The notes under the pieces were generated by a model, which saw nothing but the letters and a program-made list of their open reading frames with translations, was not told the origin of the DNA and made no database searches. The translations under genes were made by a program, and so were the position numbers. This document shows positions 8,874-17,677 of a stretch of DNA of 64,000 nucleotides, piece after piece (the first letter of the stretch is position 1; every line of letters starts with the position of its first letter). Where the stretch lies: IMG/VR virus record IMGVR_UViG_3300018080_000098, positions 62,001 through 126,000 of that record, one strand, 5' to 3'.

Positions 8874-9677
8874 CTACTTATCGTTCTTGGGCTCGTCTTT
8901 TTTCTCCTCTGGTTTCTCTTCCGGCTTTTCCTCAGGCGCTGCGGTCGTCTTTGACTCACCGTTTCCTTCAGTCCGCTTGAGTCCCAGCGCAGACTCGATT
9001 ACATCACCCAAGTAGGCAGATCCCTTCTCCGCGAGCCCAGAGTCTACCAGGTACTTGTTGGCTGTCTTTATGGCCAGGTCGAGCTTCTCAGCGCTGTCCA
9101 TCGGGTTGTCTTTGAGCTTGTGAGCAGCTTCCTCGGCCTTCCCGATACCGAACATCGCCGCTTTCAAAACCATGTCGTCAACCATCTGCTTGCTCTGCAG
9201 ATTTGAAATCTTGAACTTCTTGTAGAGCCACGAAGTGAAGATGGGGATGAAGACGGTCAGGAAGGCACCTAGAAGGTAGAGAATCACCTGGAGGATCCAT
9301 CCTCCGATGACGCTACCCTTCGAGTCTTTCTTAGCCGCTGGAGCAGCCTTGGCAGGCTGAGCTGGCACCATTGCAGCAGGGGCAGCCATAGTCGGCACAG
9401 CGGCCATCGCGGGAGCCATAACTGCTGGTGCAGCCATCGCGGCAGCAGGCGCCATTACTGCAGTCATTACCGCTGGTTTCGGCGCTGTCTTCGGCTTCTT
9501 TACTGCTGGACGAGGGCGCGGTTTGGGAGCAGCTCGCATCGCAGGAGCTGCCATTGCTGGAGCCATCGGAGCAGCTCGCATTGCAGGCGCCGGAGCTCCC
9601 ATCGGCTGCGCGTCGACTGGAGCGCTCAGTACAGCTACCAATCCTAGGGTAGCAAACATCAATGTGATCTTCTTCAT
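8874..9677 (-). CDS. Holin-like protein (LL-H-type C-terminal domain) with signal peptide and Met/Ala/Pro low-complexity region
   Basis: Signal peptide ...APVDA-Q, then AMAAP repeats, one TM, and KAAMFGIGKAEEAA...SAEKLDLA...VIESALG resembling LL-H family holins. Confidence 0.6.
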   Translation of the reverse strand: MKKITLMFATLGLVAVLSAPVDAQPMGAPAPAMRAAPMAPAMAAPAMRAAPKPRPRPAVKKPKTAPKPAVMTAVMAPAAAMAAPAVMAPAMAAVPTMAAPAAMVPAQPAKAAPAAKKDSKGSVIGGWILQVILYLLGAFLTVFIPIFTSWLYKKFKISNLQSKQMVDDMVLKAAMFGIGKAEEAAHKLKDNPMDSAEKLDLAIKTANKYLVDSGLAEKGSAYLGDVIESALGLKRTEGNGESKTTAAPEEKPEEKPEEKKDEPKNDK

Positions 9678-9699
9678 GGGATTGTTCTCCTCTTCCCTG

Positions 9700-9709
9700 A
9701 TTTTACAAG
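9700..9709 (-). promoter_or_regulatory. Putative promoter motif A (CTTGTAAAAT)
   Basis: Identical to the 1374 and 43830 copies; same spacing to the downstream ATG as the 1374 copy. Confidence 0.55.
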
Positions 9710-9723
9710 ATGAGCTCTGGTTC

Positions 9724-10701
9724 CTACGCTGTAGGCTGCTCGGTAGCTGGAGCTCCAGGCGCTTGCCCGTTCTTGCCTCGTTGTCTATACTTAGTCAGTA
9801 CCGTCTGCCACATCAGACCGTTGTTGAACGCGAAGATGACTCCGCGTAGGGACAGCTTGTCTGCCTCCTTCTCGAGACCCTGCTGGATCGAGTAATACAC
9901 CATCGCGGCGATGATGAAGCTCATCACAATGAGATGCGGCTGAAATTTGACAGACAGCCCTTTACTCTTCTGGTCTGCGTAGTCCCAGTAGTACGTCCCC
10001 AGCACACCCAGAACCAACGCCAGGAAGTAGAACAGCGCAGCATACCTGTCCTTGAAAGGCTTCTTCTTTACCGTGGTCTTCGTGACCACCTTCTCATCAG
10101 ATCCAGGCTTCTCCTGAAGCCACCAGAAACTTTGCCGCATCACCTTTGGCCGCTTCTTGGGATGTACCCGCAGATGCTTGTGGTGGAACTTCCGTATGTG
10201 TGCGCGTACCTTCTGCTTAGCCTGGTACCGGATGAACTTCTCCATCGCCTGCTTTTCATGTACACGAACGTCGGCCATCCACGCTTTCACCGCAGGTGAT
10301 TCAAGCCCCGTACATTGCACAATCCCATTTTGGATAAGCGTGACCTCGTCGGACGCGCAACGATTGAGCGCTGCTACATCTGTTTCTTTGGAACCGTCGG
10401 AGATGACCAGCTTGAGGACAGGTTCTGGCTTTGGCGGCTCAGGTGCCGTGACCTTTGCAGGACTGTATACTACTTTTTGTTCGGTGACCTTTTCGTTCCC
10501 ATTGTCGACAGTACTCACTATCACAACCCCAACTATGAGGGGGATCACGATAGCCAGTGCTCCGATGACAACCGCATGCCGCTGCATCCACGTGGCAGAT
10601 GGATTTTCCTCTTCTTCCTTGTTTTTGAACTTGTCTGCGAGGTATACTCCCAGGACAAACAGTCCCATGAGAGCACCCCACAGTACGGTGGAGCTGCCCA
10701 T
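9724..10701 (-). CDS. Multi-pass membrane protein (~5 TM) of unknown function
   Basis: Two N-terminal TMs, a soluble region with two Cys and a basic/His-rich stretch, and three C-terminal hydrophobic helices ending FAFNNGLMWQTVL. Confidence 0.8.
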   Translation of the reverse strand: MGSSTVLWGALMGLFVLGVYLADKFKNKEEEENPSATWMQRHAVVIGALAIVIPLIVGVVIVSTVDNGNEKVTEQKVVYSPAKVTAPEPPKPEPVLKLVISDGSKETDVAALNRCASDEVTLIQNGIVQCTGLESPAVKAWMADVRVHEKQAMEKFIRYQAKQKVRAHIRKFHHKHLRVHPKKRPKVMRQSFWWLQEKPGSDEKVVTKTTVKKKPFKDRYAALFYFLALVLGVLGTYYWDYADQKSKGLSVKFQPHLIVMSFIIAAMVYYSIQQGLEKEADKLSLRGVIFAFNNGLMWQTVLTKYRQRGKNGQAPGAPATEQPTA

Positions 10702-10704
10702 CTG

Positions 10705-11595
10705 CTACTCCTCAGCTTCCAGTATCTGCTTTGCTACTTCAATGCCAATATCTCTACGTTTCCTTACTAGTTTAGGATCGAAGTCCAGCCCGCTTCCTAA
10801 TCCATGTGGTGGCATGAAGATGCGGATGTCTAGTTTTTTCTTTCCTTCAGCGTCGGGATGTCCAGCTTCGACAAGCTTGTTGCAGAGCAGTGCGTACTTC
10901 ACATCTCGTAGGAATATTTCAGAGCTCATGAGGTCAACGCAACGCATTCCAATGGTGGCGGCATTACGTTTAGTGCCTAACCAGTTGTCGTGAGGATCTT
11001 TCTTACCCGTTACGGGAGGGCCAGTGAGGATGACGTCTATGGCTTCACAGCCAGCATCAATAGCACTCTGAAGAGGAGTCACACAACGATAGCCACCATC
11101 CATCCAGAAATCGTCTTTAATCCATCTACCAAGTAGGTATGGTTCAAGGCCACTGGATGCGCAAACCCACTTCCACAGGTTTTTAGTATTTTGGTCGGCT
11201 TCATAGTAATGGCCACCGCCATACGCGCAACAGCCAATTCGTATCTCTCTACCCGAAGCCTGGGCCAGTTCATCTTTTACGCGTTCCTTGATTAGCTCTT
11301 GGAGAGCCTTGGAGTTGTAGAATGCGTCTTTAGCTATCAGACCAGCTAGCATTCCCCAGATCCAGCGTTTGTAGATGTCCTTATTTCCGGTGAGTCCGAG
11401 CCAGATGTCATCTAGTGCATTGACAGCGTCATCCAGCACCCCGATGGGGTACTGACTAATCATTGATGCCTGGAGAGCTCCTACGCTTACTCCGCTAACA
11501 AACTCGTACTCGTAGTTATTCCTTACCAGCTCGGTTAGTACTCCTTGGGTGAAAGCGCCTTTGCTTCCACCCCCACTCATAACAAGACCGCGCAT
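10705..11595 (-). CDS. Patatin-like phospholipase
   Basis: Oxyanion motif SGGGSKG, nucleophile elbow GVSVG (GxSxG) and catalytic DGG. Start is likely ATG 11595 (MRGLV) after GGGAGA. Confidence 0.93.
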   Translation of the reverse strand: MRGLVMSGGGSKGAFTQGVLTELVRNNYEYEFVSGVSVGALQASMISQYPIGVLDDAVNALDDIWLGLTGNKDIYKRWIWGMLAGLIAKDAFYNSKALQELIKERVKDELAQASGREIRIGCCAYGGGHYYEADQNTKNLWKWVCASSGLEPYLLGRWIKDDFWMDGGYRCVTPLQSAIDAGCEAIDVILTGPPVTGKKDPHDNWLGTKRNAATIGMRCVDLMSSEIFLRDVKYALLCNKLVEAGHPDAEGKKKLDIRIFMPPHGLGSGLDFDPKLVRKRRDIGIEVAKQILEAEE

Positions 11596-11608
11596 TATCT
11601 TTCTCCCG

Positions 11609-12589
11609 TTACTCCGATGTAGCATGCCATCGGAAGAGCATCATAAATCCGTTCATCTCACACGGTTCCGTTCCTGCGTAGTTTTTCTCTAGAACCATAC
11701 CTAGTTTCCAGTGACGGCTTATCCATTCTACTAAATATGCATCAATTTCAAACACGCCTCTAGGTGAACCTAGGCTAACGTTGCGACAGAGGTAAATGGG
11801 GGGTGGTTCTACAAGTAATATTTGGATTCTTTGATCGTACTTTCCGAGTTCTGCAGAGTCGGTGTAAATAGTTATCTCTTCAGTTCTTTCGTTTACCACC
11901 CACGGACCGGAGCTGTCTGGGATAGGAACCGCAGCAGAGAGGTCGACATCGTATTCTCCATCTCCTGCTGCTGGGATAACGATGTAATTGTACGGGGCAT
12001 CCATCAGGTTGCAGTTACCGGTGCCGCCCGGGTTGGGAGTAACAGAGCTGACTGCAAACTTTACGTAGACCGAAAAGAGATCTATTCCACTGAAGCCACT
12101 GACGGGCTTCCAATTTATCTCGCCATCGTGGAGGTAGACGCCTTCCGCAAATTGGAGTTCTATATTTTTTGCTCCAGTCTCTTCAGCAGCGTAGACGATG
12201 TGAGCAACAGTACCTTCACCACGTTTAACGGGTGGTCCCAGATCGTCTCCGCAAGAGGTATACCACGTGTAAGATCCTCCTGGAGCTGGTGTTGGGACAA
12301 TCACCTGTTTCCCATCGCTGTCGAAACGAGCGCCTTCAATTTTAACTTCTACTGCGTCGTCTTCCAGTGGCTCTCCACTATGATTAGCAACAACAGTGTC
12401 TAGTCTGTTCCTGTTTTCACCATCTAGTTCGTTCTTGAACCAGATATTGCAATCGTCGTCAACAATCTCAATGTAGTCTAAGGCAACAGTGATTTCGCTT
12501 TCCTCTATCTCCTCAGTTAAACGAGGAATGTCTACCTTGTGATTTGGAAAGTCGTTTTGGATTGAGTATGTGTATTTTGTTGCAGCCAT
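11609..12589 (-). CDS. Putative virion accessory protein (326 aa)
   Basis: N-terminal ~70 aa paralogous to 12594..13241 (YTYSI..DFP...V.I..L.EEI..S.I..AL......D.CNI.F..ELD). Confidence 0.75.
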   Translation of the reverse strand: MAATKYTYSIQNDFPNHKVDIPRLTEEIEESEITVALDYIEIVDDDCNIWFKNELDGENRNRLDTVVANHSGEPLEDDAVEVKIEGARFDSDGKQVIVPTPAPGGSYTWYTSCGDDLGPPVKRGEGTVAHIVYAAEETGAKNIELQFAEGVYLHDGEINWKPVSGFSGIDLFSVYVKFAVSSVTPNPGGTGNCNLMDAPYNYIVIPAAGDGEYDVDLSAAVPIPDSSGPWVVNERTEEITIYTDSAELGKYDQRIQILLVEPPPIYLCRNVSLGSPRGVFEIDAYLVEWISRHWKLGMVLEKNYAGTEPCEMNGFMMLFRWHATSE

Positions 12590-12593
12590 TTTA

Positions 12594-13241
12594 CTACACC
12601 TGCATCAGCTCAATACGAGCTGCGCTCAAGCTTGCTGTTTGCGATTTATGCGAGGAGGCAAACTGAATTGCTATACTGTGTGAACCTTCCGTAAGAGCTC
12701 GCTTAGTAAAAAAACTATGCTCAATTGAGGCCCCCTTCCAACCACCATCACCCATACTCAAAGCTGGACTTACTTCTTTTTCTAACAATACGGTAACCCC
12801 GTCCAAAACAATTCTGTATTTTACATCTTTGTTGTACTTGGCTGCGCTTAGATTGAAGCCCCAATGGATATAATAGCTTCCACTGGGAATGAGAGGAACG
12901 TTGAGCGTAAGTGTATCAACATATTCAGTTCTGTTTGTTTTGTACTCTTTTTCCGATTCCGCGAACCACAGTTCTTCTTCTGGTGTTGGGTTCCCATCAT
13001 GGCTACCAATAATACTAGAGCCGCTAGGAGGGGAGGTGTTACCGTCTAAAACAGTCTTGTCATCTGTGTCTAGCTCAGTAACAAATATTATGTTGCACAC
13101 ATCCCCTTTTGTACTGACACCTCGTAGGGCTGCTTTGATAGTGCTTACTCTTATTTCCTCTTCCAGCAGTGCTATGTTCACTTCTCCAAGAGGGAAATCT
13201 GAAGAGATGCTGTACGTGTATTCAAACCCAGGTCCCAACAT
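12594..13241 (-). CDS. Putative virion accessory protein (215 aa)
   Basis: Shares its N-terminal domain with 11609..12589; beta-sandwich-like C-terminus; TGATG coupling with the upstream fibre gene. Confidence 0.75.
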   Translation of the reverse strand: MLGPGFEYTYSISSDFPLGEVNIALLEEEIRVSTIKAALRGVSTKGDVCNIIFVTELDTDDKTVLDGNTSPPSGSSIIGSHDGNPTPEEELWFAESEKEYKTNRTEYVDTLTLNVPLIPSGSYYIHWGFNLSAAKYNKDVKYRIVLDGVTVLLEKEVSPALSMGDGGWKGASIEHSFFTKRALTEGSHSIAIQFASSHKSQTASLSAARIELMQV

Positions 13242-16200
13242 CAGCTCAACCTCATTACTGTCAATCTGGTTCCATAGACAATTGTTCTCAATATACTTGG
13301 GCCAGACAGGCGTTCAACTCCAATGGCTAAACTGTCTCCGTTGTTGAGATCTAAAACAACTGTGGCGCTACAAGAAGTGGCACCCTGCGAAGCGTTTCGA
13401 TGATACATCCGTGCACGTGTACCTGCCACTTCTATAAATCCTAATCCAGTGTCCAAAAACAAAGAAGCTTCGCTTTCTGTTCGCGTAGTACCACTATTTA
13501 TACCAATAGTTGTTTCGCACACAATTTTGTATCTGCCATCCGCATTAACAGTGATTGCATCTGATGCTAGTGTGTACAGGTTTCCAATCACTGTAGTAGC
13601 GTCTAAATTAATTTGAGTTAGTGTGGTAAATGCTTGGTTACCTAGTGAGTCGTAGGCGGTAACAGCATCGTTTGCACGTTCACCGCCAATTCTGTACAGG
13701 CCTTCAGCTGTGTTGTAGTCGGCGGTTCCGCTGGCAACCGGGTGTCTATTGTCTATACCGTACGAAGGAGAGGTTGTTCCTAACCCGATAGGGCCATCTT
13801 TATCGAGGTGCAGTAGTTGGGTTGTGGTACCAGAGCTATTCTCTATGTGTAGCGGGTACGTATTAGCATCGTTGGCTGTTTTAATATACAGTCCGCTCCT
13901 ATCCGTATCTCCACGGAGCGTGAGGCAGTAGTTAGATTCAGCTGCTCCTCCAATAGAAATTTCGTCGTTGGTGGGGTCAATTTTCAGTATGTTGGTAAAT
14001 GTAGATCCAGGCCACGTAGTAATATCATTGTCATCTACTACGATGCCTGTGTCCTGTAACAAGTCTCCTCCTGTTCCATTCCACCGAGTTAACGCGTGGT
14101 CGGTGCTGGGAGGAGAAGCTTTCACCTGAGCATCATTAGTGACGTTTCCCAATCCTACTTGGGCAGCAGTTACGCTGTGCGGGTTAGTAGTGACATCACC
14201 TAGGTGGTTGTCAATCTGCGCATGACTGTTGACCCCCCTATTTAGAATAGTGAGGTGATCAACGTCTCCCTCTACTGTGCTAAACTTTATTTTCTTTTTG
14301 CTGTAGCCGTCGCTGCTGTCTTCGATCAGGAAAAGATCGTCTGCACCAATGTCAGCACTCGAGGGAAAAGAATCAAAGTCTGCCGCTTCCCTGTCTAGGC
14401 CAGCATGTACGTGGTCTGAACGTGAAACAGTGGAAGCACTTCCTGGTGCGTTCGTTGCCCCAACAGCTACCGGCGTTCCAGTAGTAATACCATGCTGGTG
14501 GTCACTACGAGCAAAATTATTAGCAGTTCCTTCCGCTGGTGAAGCTCCTACTTGTACGGCTACTGGGGTACCAGTAGATAGTGAATCGGCAGCCCCTGGA
14601 ACATGCCTGGATGCATGAGATGATACGTCTACGCCATCTACCGTACCAACATTGGAGATGTTGTTGCTCCCCATGTTTAGGGAGCCACCCATTGCGCGGG
14701 CCCCACTGGTCAGAAGATACTGAGAGTGGTCATCCGACCCTAAACCAGCTAGATCTCCGTGCACAGTGATTGCAGTCCCACCCGACCCCGATGAAGCGCC
14801 AATAGGACGTTCATCTACAAACGAAACTATACCGTTTCCCTGTTCCACAATTAAACGCGAAAGATAAATACCACTCTCTTCTATGAATGTGGGTTTGTTC
14901 TCTAGCGAAGCAGCTTCAGCCAAAGTTTGGGTGGAGAACTCCTCAGTTCCATAAATAACTGATATACGGCCATCGGAAGTTAAGATCACTGTGTCAGACC
15001 GGAAATACCCAGCAGTCATCGCTGTAAGTGTCCCCGAATCGTCATAATTAGTTGTGTCTACGTCAATCTGGCTCGCTACTTCTGTCGCACCATTGGTCCC
15101 ATAAAAATAAGAGAACGTAGCATCACCACCGCTACCAGCATAAGTAATAATATCTACGGCACGGTAGTAACTGCCGCTGCCCAGCTCAAATCTAGTACCA
15201 GTAGTTCCTGCTGTAACAGCTAATCCCGACTTTAAAAGCAGCTTACGTGTGGTGTTTAAATAATTCTGAAGTTTCGCACCAAACCCGTGACTGATGCTTC
15301 TAGTTTGGTGAATGAATCTTACGCTGGTTGGTCCGGTTTCAACGATAGCGAGTAGCAACGTGGTAGAGCCAGGTTCCGACGTAGCAGCTGTGATAGCTTC
15401 TGAGACAGAATCGTAACCAATGTAATTAGAAGCGTCCGCAGTTAGGGAAAGCCCAGTAACAGCGTCCCAAAAAACATCGAAAGCATCATCGTTGGCCTGT
15501 CTAGAAATCCATCCATTTCCAGCAGAGACATCTACAGTTAGCCCACCACCATCGGTGACAAGGCCATCACTGTCTTCTGTTATTCCAGTGGAGGTTTGGT
15601 CGTGGAACCACTTCTCCAACGCCATAGACTTGAAAGTTGTGAACCAATAACTAAAATCTCCGGCGAGGAAAGTGCGGGCAAAGGAAGTAGATTGCACTAT
15701 ACCTGAAAGAATTGAGCCAGGAACAGCGGACCATTTAAACTCATCTGAGGAGGCACTGACTAAAAATACTCCTGTAGCGCTATCACACTGACCATTAATA
15801 GTATTTCCAAAGTAAGCGCAACTTTGGATAATAAAGGTTGTATCAGACCCAGTCGACCCGATGCGAGTTCCTCTGTAGCAATTGGATACTTCGCTAGCAA
15901 GAAGTGTGCATTTGGAACCATTATCGGCTAGGAGCGCGTCCGGTGTATTGTCTTTGTTAGCTATTCTAAATGTAGCCCCTACAATATATGCTTCCGCAGA
16001 ATCATCTACTATGATTCCGGTTTGTAAAGGGTTATTGGCGTACGCGGGAAGGACTGCAGATGGTACAGAGAAGAATCCTCCAACCATTCCTAGGTAGGAA
16101 TCACTACCACTAACGCTAATACCTGTGGTAACTGCAATACCAGCGGCATCAATATTGATCGAGAAATTAGTGGCAATTACCTTAGCACCATTTTCAACTG

Positions 16201-17665
16201 CTACTCCCGTAGCACAGCCCTTTAATCCTACTCCGTGTAAAACCACCAGTGAATTTGCAGTAGCAGCGCGAATAATCGCTTTTGTTGGGTCCGTAACTCC
16301 ATAACACTCCAATCCACAAATAGACCCACCAGTACACGTGAATAAATCTTCTGCTGAATTGTTGGCTTCTACGTAAACTGAATCCATCCTACTTGCAGAC
16401 GTAGTGGTTACCAGTACTCCTGGTTGAACCGTCATTGGATCTTCAGTGTACGTACCAGGGAAAACTGCAATCTCGTAGGGATTAGTAGCAGACGCGCCAG
16501 CAGCTATTGCTGCGTCTATCGCAGCTTTAATTGATGTGTAATCTCCACCAGTAGGAGAAACCCTAAAATATTTTTCAGGGTTCTTTAATCTGTCGTCCGA
16601 ATCAGTAACGTAAGGATTAGCGCCAGAAGGAGAACCACCTACCCCAGCAAGTGCGAATATTTGTGACGCTGTTACAGGGTTAAGGCCAGATACGTTGAAA
16701 GATATTTTTCCGTCTGTTACGTCCGACTTTAAAACGCTCCCAACGTTTTGTACCTCTCCCGTGAATGGGTCCTGATCTGGCGGAGGTCTCAGAAAATCAC
16801 CAGCGTCACCTAGCACAAGTTGGTCCGTTACCGCCCACGATGATGTATCCGACGTGATAACTCCCTGGACTAACATCTCCCCATTAGTATCATCATTGAC
16901 CGCCGAGACAATATAACCAATTGCTGGCCTTGCATTTGGATCGTCTTTGTCCGCCACTACGATTAACGGGAGATCTTCTGTGTCGTTCCACCCTCCTGAA
17001 GCTACTAGAGTGCCAGCTGGAATAACACTACCTGTTTCATTTCTGCACCCAACTATTATGCTGCCTTCACTCAGCTCGTCCAGCTTTGTTTTGTCTCCTG
17101 GGAGCATTAGCCCAGATTCGGTGGCAGTCACGTCGGGAATAATATCTGTGCCACCGTCAATATGACTAGAGGCGTGCGCGTTTGGGTCTCTGGGATCTCC
17201 CACATCATCTAGAGTAGCATCTGTAATAACCGCGTTTAGTTCGGCTAAAGAACCGCTACCAAGATTACCGACATCTGTTGCGTGAGGATTGTCTGTCTGC
17301 CCCCGATGAGTAGTATTCGCAGCTACGTCACTGTTCGCTGAAACTCTACCTTCCGTATAATAGAGATTAGACCCTTCTGTAACTTCATCGGTACTCAGTT
17401 GCCCATAATGTGCAGTGCCCCCAATCTCGTGTGGAGCAACAGCATCATCGTAAGCTTGGGCATAAGGGATTATCGATCCACCCTCACTATCAAGGCGAAC
17501 TAAATCTCCTGTGGACAGCCCAGTGTCCAAGTTCACACTGCGTCGTATGTCTTCGAAGTAGTATGCTGAGTGCAGATCAATTTCTTCCCCGGCTGGAAGG
17601 GACAGACCTAAGTCTTCTATCTCGTAGCCTGCGCCAGTAGTATTTCGAATCCAGAATTCAGCCAT
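13241..17665 (-). CDS. Large fibre/tailspike-like protein (1474 aa)
   Basis: His-containing shaft motifs (HASSH, DHSQYL, RSDHxH, NPHSVTAAQVGLGNVTND), a DUF2190-like module, a beta-helix-like start (GDYTSIKAAIDA...FPGTYTE) and a C1q/BclA-like C-terminus. Confidence 0.8.
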   Translation of the reverse strand: MAEFWIRNTTGAGYEIEDLGLSLPAGEEIDLHSAYYFEDIRRSVNLDTGLSTGDLVRLDSEGGSIIPYAQAYDDAVAPHEIGGTAHYGQLSTDEVTEGSNLYYTEGRVSANSDVAANTTHRGQTDNPHATDVGNLGSGSLAELNAVITDATLDDVGDPRDPNAHASSHIDGGTDIIPDVTATESGLMLPGDKTKLDELSEGSIIVGCRNETGSVIPAGTLVASGGWNDTEDLPLIVVADKDDPNARPAIGYIVSAVNDDTNGEMLVQGVITSDTSSWAVTDQLVLGDAGDFLRPPPDQDPFTGEVQNVGSVLKSDVTDGKISFNVSGLNPVTASQIFALAGVGGSPSGANPYVTDSDDRLKNPEKYFRVSPTGGDYTSIKAAIDAAIAAGASATNPYEIAVFPGTYTEDPMTVQPGVLVTTTSASRMDSVYVEANNSAEDLFTCTGGSICGLECYGVTDPTKAIIRAATANSLVVLHGVGLKGCATGVAVENGAKVIATNFSINIDAAGIAVTTGISVSGSDSYLGMVGGFFSVPSAVLPAYANNPLQTGIIVDDSAEAYIVGATFRIANKDNTPDALLADNGSKCTLLASEVSNCYRGTRIGSTGSDTTFIIQSCAYFGNTINGQCDSATGVFLVSASSDEFKWSAVPGSILSGIVQSTSFARTFLAGDFSYWFTTFKSMALEKWFHDQTSTGITEDSDGLVTDGGGLTVDVSAGNGWISRQANDDAFDVFWDAVTGLSLTADASNYIGYDSVSEAITAATSEPGSTTLLLAIVETGPTSVRFIHQTRSISHGFGAKLQNYLNTTRKLLLKSGLAVTAGTTGTRFELGSGSYYRAVDIITYAGSGGDATFSYFYGTNGATEVASQIDVDTTNYDDSGTLTAMTAGYFRSDTVILTSDGRISVIYGTEEFSTQTLAEAASLENKPTFIEESGIYLSRLIVEQGNGIVSFVDERPIGASSGSGGTAITVHGDLAGLGSDDHSQYLLTSGARAMGGSLNMGSNNISNVGTVDGVDVSSHASRHVPGAADSLSTGTPVAVQVGASPAEGTANNFARSDHQHGITTGTPVAVGATNAPGSASTVSRSDHVHAGLDREAADFDSFPSSADIGADDLFLIEDSSDGYSKKKIKFSTVEGDVDHLTILNRGVNSHAQIDNHLGDVTTNPHSVTAAQVGLGNVTNDAQVKASPPSTDHALTRWNGTGGDLLQDTGIVVDDNDITTWPGSTFTNILKIDPTNDEISIGGAAESNYCLTLRGDTDRSGLYIKTANDANTYPLHIENSSGTTTQLLHLDKDGPIGLGTTSPSYGIDNRHPVASGTADYNTAEGLYRIGGERANDAVTAYDSLGNQAFTTLTQINLDATTVIGNLYTLASDAITVNADGRYKIVCETTIGINSGTTRTESEASLFLDTGLGFIEVAGTRARMYHRNASQGATSCSATVVLDLNNGDSLAIGVERLSGPSILRTIVYGTRLTVMRLS

Positions 17666-17677
17666 GATGCCCTAGTC

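Noticed and set aside
9724-11595. CBASS-type defence operon (patatin plus TM effector)
   Set aside because: No cyclase (CD-NTase) or other CBASS gene is recognisable nearby; the context is a late lysis/structural operon.
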